This document shows, in pieces, positions 55,230 through 64,000 of a stretch of 64,000 bases of DNA (the first letter of the stretch is position 1; every line of letters begins with the position of its first letter). The translations under genes and the position numbers were made by a program. The notes below the pieces were generated by a model. That model was given only the letters and a program-made list of their open reading frames with translations, did no database searches and was not told the DNA's origin. Origin of the DNA: Polyangiaceae bacterium (GTDB lineage Bacteria; Myxococcota_A; Polyangia; Polyangiales; Polyangiaceae); the NCBI GenBank assembly GCA_965222375.1, contig CBDCTZ010000011.1:192001-256000 (forward strand). The letters are read 5' to 3'.

Positions 55230-56318
55230 CTATTGCAGAGTCTGCCCGGTGTTCACCAGGCCGCGGGTATGCGCCGCGGGGGCCGCCCAGGTGAAAGCGG
55301 AATACATGCCGCCGGTGCCAGTGAGTTGGAGGGACTCCCCCGCGGGTGTGGAATTCGTTTCGGACACACCGATGTCCACGCTGGTCATACCGTTGGCAGC
55401 GCCGTCGGCTGCTGTCAGTGTTCCTTCGTAGCTCAGGAAAAACAACACCGTTGCGTTATTGTCAACGAGCGCAATGCCATCTGGCGATCCGTTCTGGATG
55501 CCAGAGACCGGGAACCAGAGCGTGCCGAAGCCGTTTTGTTGTGCGGGGATCGTGCCCGTCAGATTCTCCGTGTCGTAGACCTTCTTGGCAGTGCCACCGG
55601 TGGAGGTGCCGTTATAGAAGAGCAGGGTCCAGCCCGTCAGATCGGTGCCGGCCGTGCCAGCGATCTCCACTCCCTCGTCAGCGTCGCCTGTGGGACCATT
55701 GTCATAGTGGATCTCATTGATCCAAACGCTGGGCTTTGTGCCAGCGTCTGCGCCGCCAGTGCCCGCCGCGCCACCGGTACCCGCGTCCACGCCGCCGGTA
55801 CCTGCTGCGCCGCCAGTGCCAGCGTCTACGCCGCCAGTGCCCGCTGCGCCACCGGTACCTGCGTCCACGCCGCCGGAGCCCGCTGCGCCACCGGAGCCCG
55901 CTGCGCCACCGGAGCCCGCTGCGCCACCGGAGCCCGCTGCGCCACCGGAGCCCGCTGCGCCACCGGAGCCCGCTGCGCCACCGGAGCCTGCGGCGCCGCC
56001 AGAGCCTGCTGCGCCGCCAGAACCCGCCGCGCCGCCAGAACCCGCCGCGCCACCGGTACCTGCTGCACCGCCTGTTGCACCACCGGAACCTGCGGCACCG
56101 CCTGTTGCGCCTCCGGTGCCGCCGCCGGTGCCACCCGTGGAGATCGCGCCAGTGCCGCCAGTCGAGCCGCCGAAGTTGCCAAACCCACCGGTTGCCGCGC
56201 CACCGTCAAAGGTGGTGCCGCCCGTTGCGCCACCGCCACCACCGTCGTCATCCGACGAACAGGCGGAGGGCGCGAGAACTGCGATTAACCCCATGCTTAG
56301 ATATGCGAGACGCTTCAT
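55230..56318 (-). CDS. Lipoprotein with GGAAGS linker and lamin-tail-like domain
   Basis: PSAC lipobox; VWINEIHYDN..D..EGVEIAG..GTDL, QNGSPDGIAL, FLSYEG. Confidence 0.85.
   Translation of the reverse strand: MKRLAYLSMGLIAVLAPSACSSDDDGGGGGATGGTTFDGGAATGGFGNFGGSTGGTGAISTGGTGGGTGGATGGAAGSGGATGGAAGTGGAAGSGGAAGSGGAAGSGGAAGSGGAAGSGGAAGSGGAAGSGGAAGSGGAAGSGGAAGSGGVDAGTGGAAGTGGVDAGTGGAAGTGGVDAGTGGAAGTGGADAGTKPSVWINEIHYDNGPTGDADEGVEIAGTAGTDLTGWTLLFYNGTSTGGTAKKVYDTENLTGTIPAQQNGFGTLWFPVSGIQNGSPDGIALVDNNATVLFFLSYEGTLTAADGAANGMTSVDIGVSETNSTPAGESLQLTGTGGMYSAFTWAAPAAHTRGLVNTGQTLQ
55873..56052. repeat. 18-bp coding tandem repeat (GGAAGS)
   Basis: Six perfect CCGGAGCCCGCTGCGCCA units (55873-55980), then four synonymously diverged units. 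Confidence 0.9.
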
Positions 56319-56384
56319 GGGGCGCACCCTAGCGCCGTCGGCTGTGGGTGCAAACCCCGTCGGAAAAGCCAGCAAAGACCGGGC

Positions 56385-59300
56385 TCAAGCCCGAGGTTGC
56401 TCTTCCGGGGCGTCGTCGTCTTCCAGGGCTGCGCCGTGGCATTTCTTGAACTTCTTGCCCGAGCCGCAGGGGCATTCGTCGTTGCGGCCGATCTTGGGAG
56501 CCGGGGGCGCCGATGCGCGAACGGGAGGCGGCCCCGCCTGGGCGGCGTTCTCCATGAGCTGCGCCAGCTCCGGAGGCGGAGCAGCAGGCTGACCGTCGGC
56601 TCCAGGGTGCCGAGCAACGGCCTGGTCGAGCAGCTGCTGGTGCTCCTCTGCCGCGACTGCCTCGAGGGCTTCGATGTCTTCGGTGCGCTGGACCTGTACC
56701 TCGAAAAACCGAAGCAGCACGGTGCTGCTGACCTTGGCCATCATGTTCAAGAAGAGGTCGTAGCCTTCCTTCTTGTACTCGTTCTTTGGATCCTTCTGAC
56801 CGTAGCCGCGCAGGCCGATTCCGTCCCGCAGGTGCTCCATGTTGGAAAGGTGGTCCTGCCAGGCTTGATCGATGCCTTCTAGGTAGAGGTGGCGGAACAC
56901 GCGCATGGCGTTCTCCAGGCCAAGCTCTTTCTCTCGCTCCGTGTAGAGCTTCTCGGCACGCTCGTACAAATCCCGAACCAGCATCTCGGCGTCACCGTGA
57001 TCTTCGATTTCCGCCGGGAGGCGCACCTTGAAGTGGTCGTAGTAGCCGTCCCGGATGTTCTGCCAGTCCCAATCCTCCGGCGGCTTATTCTCCGGGCAGC
57101 TCTCTTCGACGATGGCGGCGAGCACGCGATCGATCAGGTCGAGCATCCGCTCGCGCTGCTCGGACAGACCGTGAGAAACGAGTTCGAGCAACTCGTCATG
57201 TAGCTCGGGCGCTTTGCGCTTCTTGCGATTGTCCAGATCCAGCTTCACACCCCACAGCTGGTACACCTCACGCTGCAGAGAGGGCAGCTCGACCAGCTTG
57301 CCTATCTTCGCGATGTCTTTGCGGTTTTTTGCCGCCCGGGGTTCCCCGTTCTTGTCCTTGAGCTCGAGGGGAGGGTCAGCAAAGAAAGACATCAACTGGG
57401 GAATGAGCGGCTTGACCAGCTTTTCGACGTCTTCGGCCAATTCGACCTCACGGGTCTCGCCTGTGGCTTTGCCCAGTTCGTCGATCTCCTCAGGGCTGTA
57501 GCGCCCCAACAGCAACTGCTGCCGCAGCGAGTACACCGTCTTGCGCTGGGCGTTCATGACGTCGTCGTACTCGAGCAAGTTCTTCCGGATATCGAAGTTG
57601 CGTTCCTCGACCTTGCGCTGCGCGTTCTCGACGCTCTTGGTTACCCAGGGGTGCTCGATGGGTTCGTCGTCGGGCAAGCCCATTCGGTCCATCAGGTTCT
57701 TGACGCGCTCGCCGCTGAAGATGCGCATCAGGTCGTCTTCCAGTGACAAGTAGAAGCGACTTGACCCGGGATCGCCTTGGCGCCCTGCACGGCCGCGCAG
57801 CTGGTTGTCGATGCGCCGCGACTCGTGTCGCTCGGTGCCGACGATGTGCAAACCGCCGTTCTCGATGACCTCGTCGTGCTCTTTCTTACACGCCTTCTCG
57901 TGTTGCTTGACCAACGTCGCGTATTCTTCGGGATCCAGGTCTGGGTCTTTCCCTGACTCCTTGAATTCCTTGAGCGCCAACATCTCGGGGTTGCCGCCGA
58001 GAAGGATGTCGGTGCCGCGGCCCGCCATGTTCGTGCTGACGGTAATAGAGGTCTTTCGGCCCGCCTGCGCCACGACAAACGCTTCGTTTTCGTGGTGTTT
58101 GGCGTTGAGCACATTGTGGGGGATCTTCTTCTTCTGGAGGATCCGGGCGATGGCCGCGCTCTTTTCCACGCTAGTCGTTCCCACGAGTACCGGACGCCCG
58201 GCTTCATGCTCCGAAAGGATCTCTTTGATCACCGCCGTGAACTTCTCACGCTCGGTCTTGTAGACGATGTCTTCGTCGTCCTCGCGAACGAGAGGTTTGT
58301 TCGTGGGGACCGACACCACATCCAGCTTGTAGGTGGAGTGGAACTCCTGAGCTTCCGTCTCGGCGGTGCCCGTCATTCCGGCGAGCTTGCCGTACATGCG
58401 GAAGAGGTTCTGAAAGGTGATGGTCGCGATGGTGCGACTCTCTTCATGGATCTCGACGTTCTCTTTCGCTTCCACCGCCTGGTGCAAGCCATCGCTCCAG
58501 CGCCGCCCCGCCAGCACGCGGCCGGTGAATTCATCGACGATCAACACCTGGCCGTCCGGGCTGACCATGTAGTGTTGGTCCCGCCGATAGAGGGCATGGG
58601 CCTTGAGAAGCTGGTTGAGAATATGCAGAGTTTGTACGTTGACGGGGTCGTATAGGTTCTTCACGCCGATCATCTTCTGAACGGAGTCGACACCATCGTC
58701 CGTCAATGTGGCGGTGAAGCCCTTTTCGTCGACGTTGTAGTGTTCGTCTTTGCGCAGACGGCTCACGATTTCGTTGATCGTGCGGTATTTCTCGCTCGCC
58801 GCTTCGGCGGGGCCACTGATGATCAGCGGCGTACGGGCCTCATCGATCAGGATGGAGTCGACCTCGTCGACGATGGCGTAGTTCAAGCGGCGCTGGGAGT
58901 TTTCCAGGGCGGAAAACTTCAAGTTGTCGCGCAGGTAGTCGAAGCCAAATTCGTTGTTCTGCCCGTAGCAAATGTCACACTTGTAGGCCTGCCGCTTCTC
59001 GTGGTCGGCCTGTTGGTTGACGATGGTACCGATGGACATCCCGAGGAAGTTGTAGAGCTTGCCCATCCACTCGGCGTCGCGCTTGGCGAGGTAGTCGTTC
59101 ACCGTGACGAGGTGCACGCCTTTGCCTTCCAAGGCATTGAGGTAGATGGCCAGAGTCGCGACGAGGGTCTTGCCCTCACCGGTTTTCATCTCGGCGATCT
59201 TGCCCTGGTGCAATACGATGCCACCGACGAGCTGCACGTCGTAGTGGCGCATCTTCAAGGCGCGCTTGCCAGCCTCCCGAGCCACGGCAAATGACTCAGT

Positions 59301-59492
59301 CAGGATGTCATCCAGAGACGCACCGTTGTCGAGCTTCTCCTTGAACTCCGCTGTCTTTGCCTTCAACTCGGCGTCCGAAAGCTTCTGAATTTTTGGTTCC
59401 AGCTCGTTGATGGCGTTCACCCGCGGCTGGAGCCGCCGAATGGCTCGCTCGTTGGAGGTGCCAAACAGCTTTTTTGCTACCCAAGTCAGCAT
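56385..59492 (-). CDS. secA: Preprotein translocase ATPase SecA
   Basis: [85 protein letters not shown]. Confidence 0.99.
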   Translation of the reverse strand: MLTWVAKKLFGTSNERAIRRLQPRVNAINELEPKIQKLSDAELKAKTAEFKEKLDNGASLDDILTESFAVAREAGKRALKMRHYDVQLVGGIVLHQGKIAEMKTGEGKTLVATLAIYLNALEGKGVHLVTVNDYLAKRDAEWMGKLYNFLGMSIGTIVNQQADHEKRQAYKCDICYGQNNEFGFDYLRDNLKFSALENSQRRLNYAIVDEVDSILIDEARTPLIISGPAEAASEKYRTINEIVSRLRKDEHYNVDEKGFTATLTDDGVDSVQKMIGVKNLYDPVNVQTLHILNQLLKAHALYRRDQHYMVSPDGQVLIVDEFTGRVLAGRRWSDGLHQAVEAKENVEIHEESRTIATITFQNLFRMYGKLAGMTGTAETEAQEFHSTYKLDVVSVPTNKPLVREDDEDIVYKTEREKFTAVIKEILSEHEAGRPVLVGTTSVEKSAAIARILQKKKIPHNVLNAKHHENEAFVVAQAGRKTSITVSTNMAGRGTDILLGGNPEMLALKEFKESGKDPDLDPEEYATLVKQHEKACKKEHDEVIENGGLHIVGTERHESRRIDNQLRGRAGRQGDPGSSRFYLSLEDDLMRIFSGERVKNLMDRMGLPDDEPIEHPWVTKSVENAQRKVEERNFDIRKNLLEYDDVMNAQRKTVYSLRQQLLLGRYSPEEIDELGKATGETREVELAEDVEKLVKPLIPQLMSFFADPPLELKDKNGEPRAAKNRKDIAKIGKLVELPSLQREVYQLWGVKLDLDNRKKRKAPELHDELLELVSHGLSEQRERMLDLIDRVLAAIVEESCPENKPPEDWDWQNIRDGYYDHFKVRLPAEIEDHGDAEMLVRDLYERAEKLYTEREKELGLENAMRVFRHLYLEGIDQAWQDHLSNMEHLRDGIGLRGYGQKDPKNEYKKEGYDLFLNMMAKVSSTVLLRFFEVQVQRTEDIEALEAVAAEEHQQLLDQAVARHPGADGQPAAPPPELAQLMENAAQAGPPPVRASAPPAPKIGRNDECPCGSGKKFKKCHGAALEDDDAPEEQPRA

Positions 59493-59720
59493 CTGTGTCG
59501 TGTCCTCGCGCCGCGGGCAGTGCCTGCCGGGCGCGGCGAAAAAGAGGACGGCACGCTAGTGCCAATGCCCACGGCCTGCCAGCGCTTCGGGTGGCCGCTT
59601 TTCGGCCCTCCCCGCCTGGATGAGGGGCGACCCGAGCTTTCAGCTCGAAATGATTGATGAAATCGACCTACGCTCCGCCATCTGGCCGAGATCATGATAG
59701 GTCCCTAGCCGCGAGAAGCG

Positions 59721-62117
59721 ATGCTGGAGAGGCTCCAACGGCTATTGTCTCCGCGGCTCCGCGCGGTGCTCATCGCGGTACTGCTGTACCTCGCGGTCAG
59801 CGTCTTCTCGTCCGTGGCCAACGGCCACTACCCCATCAGTCAGTGGCTGGTGTGGCGCTACCTCGGCTACTGGGCTGGCGCGCTGACGATCAGCGTTGCA
59901 TGTCTGTCCGTCGGCCGCCGGGTGGTCGTGTGGCTACTGCCCGAGGCCCGTTTCCTGGAACGCGTGACCCTGAGCTTCGCGGTGGGCCTCCATCTTTTCG
60001 AGCTCGGAATGTTCATTCTGGGCCTACTGGGCCTCTACAACACGATCACCTTCGTCGCGTTCCCGATAGTGCTGATCGCGACGGGCGCTCGTCCGCTCTT
60101 TCTCGAGCTTCGCCGCTTCGTGCAGCTGGCAAGCAGGTTTGCCAAGCCACGCCCAGCGTGGACTTGGCTGTTGGTCGCCTTTGGCGCTCTGACGTTGGTG
60201 TTCATCTACGCCATCATCATGACGCCGGACAACGTGCAATACGATGCACGTTGGCGGCACTTGGCGATCGCGGAGGACTATGCCGCCAGCGGAGGCGTGC
60301 GCCGTTTTCCGGAAGGCTGGACGCCGGGAGCCGCTCCACATTTCACGAGCATCCTCTACACCTGGGCATTCTTGCTGCCCGTCGGTCGTTCTTTCGACTT
60401 CGTCGTGTTGTCTGCGCATCTGGAACTCGTGATCTTCTTGGTCACCACCTTCTTCGGAATCACTGCCGTGACCCGGCGCCTCGCTCCCAGCGCGGACCCC
60501 CGACTCGTCTGGGTGGCGCGCTTCTTGTTCCCTGGGGTGCTGCTCTACGACTCCAGTTTGTCGGCCGGAGCAGACCACGTTGGCGCTTCCTTCGGACCGC
60601 CCCTATTCTTGGCCCTACTCTGGTGCTTAGGGGAGCTCACTCCGCGGCGCTTGGCGTTGCTCGCGCTGCTGATGGCGGCCGTGGTGATGACCAAGGAAAC
60701 TTCCGCGGTCCTGCTTTCATCTGGGCCCATCCTCGCTGTTATCGCCGCGCTTGGCGTCGCCACTTGGCGCGGATTGCGGGGTCGAGGTTCCGCACGCCGG
60801 GCGTGGTTGGGCGTGCTGACCGCCGTCATTGTGGGGCTCGCGTTCACCTCGCCCCATTGGCTCAAGAACTGGATTTGGTACGGCGACCCTCTCTACCCGC
60901 TGCTAGCGGATGTGATGTCGCCTCGACCTTGGATCGAGGAAGGGGGCTACCTGTATCGACACGCGTTCATCAATCGCCAGCTGTGGCGTCCTCAAACCGA
61001 TGGATTGGACGCGGTCCTCGAGACACTCCAAGTGCTGTTCACCTTCTCGTTCCGGCCCCATGACTGGCCACCCCTCCACGGGGACGTGCCCGTATTCGGC
61101 TCCTTGTTCACTTTGCTCATCGTGACCCTGCCCTTGCTCAAGGGGGTACGGCGCATCTGGCTGCTCACGGCTTGGATCCTACTGGGCGTTGGGTGCTGGT
61201 TCTGGATCAACCATCAGGACCGCTATCTGCAAGCCTACGCGCCGTTGATGGCTGCCGTGGTTGCAGCGCTGTGCGTGCGGATCTGGCGCCTCGGGACCGT
61301 TCCGGCACGAGTCGGATTGGGGTTTGTCGTCGGTTTCCAGATCCTGTGGGGTGGCGACGTGGTCTTCCTGCAGACCCACCGCATGATCCACATGTCGCCC
61401 TTGCGGAAAACCATCGAACTGCTGGAAGCGGGGTATCACAAGAAGTACGACGAGCGCTTCGTATGGGCGGGTTCGGGCTTCGCAGCGCTTGGGAAGGCTG
61501 CGCCCAAGAAGTCGCTCATCGTAATGCATGAATTCGAGGAGCGCCTTGGGTTGGGCAGACCGATCATCACTGACGTTCCCGCCTATCAGTTTGCTCTGGA
61601 CTACTCCGCCCTCGGGACCGCCGATGCGGTTTGGCAGAGGATGAACCAGCTAGGCGCGACCCATGTGGTTTGGCGCCCGGGGCGAAGCATGGGCATCGAT
61701 TCCCTGACGGGAGATCTGGTGTTCTTCGAGTTCGTCCTGCATCACACGGACCTCGTGCTGGACAACGGCGATTCCCGCCTCGCGGCCCTGCGCGCCGAGC
61801 CACCAGGGTCCCCGATTGGAAGCGAGGTCCTGGTCATGTCCTGCAAGCCGCCCCTGGACACGGGGGTGTACACCCTGGAGTCTCTCAGCGTGCCCGTATA
61901 CGGCCCGCGCAAGAAATATTACCGGCCCCCCGAGCGCTACCTGAACACGCCGGAGCTCTTGGAAGAAGCTGCGAAAAAGGTGACCTACGCCGTCACTCAG
62001 GACGGCTGCGGCACGCTGCCCACCTCTCTCAAGTCGCGATTTCAAATCGCGGCTCGGCGCCCCCACGACCCCGACAATCTGGATTGGCAGCGCCTTTCTC
62101 TGTGGGTGCTGCGCTAG
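59721..62117 (+). CDS. Large polytopic membrane protein, possibly GT-C-fold glycosyltransferase-like
   Basis: Many TM segments; YDARWRHL, WLKNWIWYGDPLYP, DRYL. Confidence 0.7.
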   Translation: MLERLQRLLSPRLRAVLIAVLLYLAVSVFSSVANGHYPISQWLVWRYLGYWAGALTISVACLSVGRRVVVWLLPEARFLERVTLSFAVGLHLFELGMFILGLLGLYNTITFVAFPIVLIATGARPLFLELRRFVQLASRFAKPRPAWTWLLVAFGALTLVFIYAIIMTPDNVQYDARWRHLAIAEDYAASGGVRRFPEGWTPGAAPHFTSILYTWAFLLPVGRSFDFVVLSAHLELVIFLVTTFFGITAVTRRLAPSADPRLVWVARFLFPGVLLYDSSLSAGADHVGASFGPPLFLALLWCLGELTPRRLALLALLMAAVVMTKETSAVLLSSGPILAVIAALGVATWRGLRGRGSARRAWLGVLTAVIVGLAFTSPHWLKNWIWYGDPLYPLLADVMSPRPWIEEGGYLYRHAFINRQLWRPQTDGLDAVLETLQVLFTFSFRPHDWPPLHGDVPVFGSLFTLLIVTLPLLKGVRRIWLLTAWILLGVGCWFWINHQDRYLQAYAPLMAAVVAALCVRIWRLGTVPARVGLGFVVGFQILWGGDVVFLQTHRMIHMSPLRKTIELLEAGYHKKYDERFVWAGSGFAALGKAAPKKSLIVMHEFEERLGLGRPIITDVPAYQFALDYSALGTADAVWQRMNQLGATHVVWRPGRSMGIDSLTGDLVFFEFVLHHTDLVLDNGDSRLAALRAEPPGSPIGSEVLVMSCKPPLDTGVYTLESLSVPVYGPRKKYYRPPERYLNTPELLEEAAKKVTYAVTQDGCGTLPTSLKSRFQIAARRPHDPDNLDWQRLSLWVLR

Positions 62118-62226
62118 GGCGGCCTGAGTCCAGAATCCGCGACGAGCTCGGAGGTTGGTTTTTTGGGGGATGTGGCGGCGCAGGCCGTCATCGATGGTTC
62201 TTCGAGGTTCGGCGCGGTCCTCTCGA

Positions 62227-62865
62227 TCACTCTTTCAGGACTTGGAAGGTCGCGATCTGCTTGGTCGAACCGGTTGTGACGCGGTGCGGTGTCTTGTAAG
62301 TGTACTTCGCCGTCAATACTTTGGTTGCGGTCGGGACGCGGAAGCCGATCCAACCCTTGGCCTTGTCTCCCTTAGCCAGGCGCACGCTCTTGAGCAACGG
62401 CTTGCAGTCGGTCTTGTAGGTGGACTTGCGCTGGTAAGTGATGCCTTCGGCGTCGTAGCCTTTCCAGGTCGACTCGTAGGCACGTACCTCTTTTTCGGCG
62501 TAGTCGCCTTCGTAGTAGATCAGTATGCCCACCATTTTTTCGCCGTTGTCTTCCATGCTCTTCTGAGAGTTCTCACGCTCATAGGTGCATTCCTTGACTT
62601 CGGCGATCTTGACTTTCAGGCCGTCCATTTGGACGTCCTTGCCAATCAAGTACACGCCGGGAAGAACGATTTCGCTGGGTAGCTCACCGTCCGTCGTCGC
62701 GGGCTGGGGCGCGCCAGGGCTGGGTTTGGCGGTGGGTTTGACTGTCTCTGGCGTTGCTCCGGCTTTGGGCTTCTTGTCGTCACCTCCGGTGAACTTCTTG
62801 CAGGCGAGCAGGCAAACGAAGAGCCCGACGGCTGCCAAAGCCGGTGTACGTGCGGAGAGATTCAT
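62227..62865 (-). CDS. Lipoprotein, DUF4352-like Ig-fold domain
   Basis: LLAC lipobox; DAEGITY...LAKGDKAKGWIGFRVP. Confidence 0.72.
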   Translation of the reverse strand: MNLSARTPALAAVGLFVCLLACKKFTGGDDKKPKAGATPETVKPTAKPSPGAPQPATTDGELPSEIVLPGVYLIGKDVQMDGLKVKIAEVKECTYERENSQKSMEDNGEKMVGILIYYEGDYAEKEVRAYESTWKGYDAEGITYQRKSTYKTDCKPLLKSVRLAKGDKAKGWIGFRVPTATKVLTAKYTYKTPHRVTTGSTKQIATFQVLKE

Positions 62866-62966
62866 CAGAGTCCGATTCCTTTGCAAAAAAGCCGCGCTCG
62901 AACCCCGACCCTACAGTCAATTTTCGAGCGCTGTCGAGGGCGACACTCCGATGTTACCCTTGCAGC

Positions 62967-63509
62967 ATGCCGACGAACCCGCTCTGGCTCGAGCACACCG
63001 AGAGAGCTGCTTGGGATACGGTGAAGACCCTGCGGGAGGAAATCGTTACCGAGCGCAAGCGCCTCGAGAGGCTCACTTCTCTCCAGCCGAATTTGCCCAA
63101 GCTCTCCGCGCGCCTGGAGCAAGCGGCGACGGAGCATTCGCTCACTGCGGAGGACGACGTTGGCCGGATCGATCAGCTTTGCGAAAAACTCGTGGCCGCC
63201 GCCGCCGAGAGTGATCGCCCGGGCCGGGAGGCTGCCGAAAAGGAGCCACCTCCCGTCCAAGCACCCCCGGAAGACCGGCGGCGCTGGACGCCGTCCGTCC
63301 GCTGGTTCGCGAACTTGATCGAGCGTCGACGGGACGGTCGCAGTGAAGCCGTGGATCCTTCGCGCCGAGCTCGTATCGTCAACGCCCTCGAACTACGAGT
63401 GGAGGAACTCGCCACGGCGAGGAAGCGAGAGCTGCTAGAGCTGTGCGTTGAGGTTGGTTGCCTTGCCCTCGATCTCGCACGCATCGCCCGCCGCTCTAGC
63501 TCCGAATAG
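62967..63509 (+). CDS. Hypothetical helical protein
   Basis: Coiled-coil-like ORF preceded by TGT-TACCCT-6 nt-ATG. Confidence 0.55.
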   Translation: MPTNPLWLEHTERAAWDTVKTLREEIVTERKRLERLTSLQPNLPKLSARLEQAATEHSLTAEDDVGRIDQLCEKLVAAAAESDRPGREAAEKEPPPVQAPPEDRRRWTPSVRWFANLIERRRDGRSEAVDPSRRARIVNALELRVEELATARKRELLELCVEVGCLALDLARIARRSSSE

Positions 63510-63555
63510 ACGGTCCTGACCCCAGTTGGTGCGCTCAAGAGGGTGGATACGAAGG

Positions 63556-63738
63556 GGAGGAAGGAAAGAGGAAGAGGGATGGGTTCGCGTCAGTTCGCGG
63601 CGGCGGGCCGCGTGTCTCGCGTTGGGCCGCGCATGGCGGATTGAGCAGATCTAGTAGCGCTCGATTGAGTCAGGTGCGGCTACAAGGAGCCACAGATCCG
63701 AACAGACCCAAAACCCTCTTCCTTCCCACCTTCCTGTT
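63556..63738. repeat. Imperfect long inverted repeat (purine-rich arm and pyrimidine-rich arm)
   Basis: GGAGGAAGGAAAGAGGAAGAGGGATGGGTTC versus GACCCAAAACCCTCTTCCTTCCCACCTTCCTG. Confidence 0.6.
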
Positions 63739-63791
63739 TTCTCTCTGCATCGCACCAGAGCGCCGAATTGCTCTGAACAAAGAGTGGGCGC

Positions 63792-64000
63792 CTAGCGCTT
63801 GCGTTGGCTGAGGCGGTGTTGTTGGCGTTGCTTGGCTTCGGTGTGGCGGCGTCGCTCTTCGTCGGTTTCGAGCAACAAGGGAGGCACTTGCACGGGTTTG
63901 CCATCGTCGTCGATGGCGACGTACACGAGGTACGCTGAGTTGGTGTGGGTCGTCGTGCCGGTGATCGGGTTTTCCGCGGTGACCTTGACGCCGACTTCCA
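63792..64000 (-). CDS. Acyl-CoA thioesterase, YciA-like hotdog fold (3' end only)
   Basis: Manual translation: EVGVKVTAENPITGTTTHTNSAYLVYVAIDDDGKPVQVPPLLLETDEERRR...*; not in the ORF track. Confidence 0.88.
   Translation of the reverse strand, partial: EVGVKVTAENPITGTTTHTNSAYLVYVAIDDDGKPVQVPPLLLETDEERRRHTEAKQRQQHRLSQRKR

Noticed and set aside
63680..63904. 74-aa ORF MANPCKCLPCC
   Set aside because: It is an out-of-frame shadow of the acyl-CoA thioesterase 3' end.

Overview
High-GC bacterial chromosomal window, most consistent with Myxococcota/Polyangiales (inferred from many Gly- and Cys-rich lipoproteins, MYXO-CTERM-type tails, Ser/Thr kinases and a kinase-GAF-sigma54 activator). It carries dispersed xanthine dehydrogenase genes (xdhC, xdhA, partial xdhB), an APC permease-TrkA/RCK fusion, an orphan Dam-family methylase, a GldA/F/G-like ABC operon, secreted proteases plus a serpin, and secA. 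The main discovery is a gene the ORF track truncates. At 29787..28300 (minus) a signal peptide is followed by V-TGA-T-A-TGA (UxxU) and a bacterial SECIS-like hairpin with a GGUC loop. The frame continues into a COG4313-like outer-membrane barrel, a 17-His linker and a WCKPC thioredoxin domain. This is a candidate double-selenocysteine outer-membrane selenoprotein, lying 3 nt upstream of a lipoprotein with a Hint (intein-like) domain. Other notable items: an animal-like endostatin domain, two divergent sigma54 promoter pairs, widespread apparent leaderless promoters, a probable internal RCK start site and several repeat elements. All family assignments come from motif recognition by eye; no searches were run.
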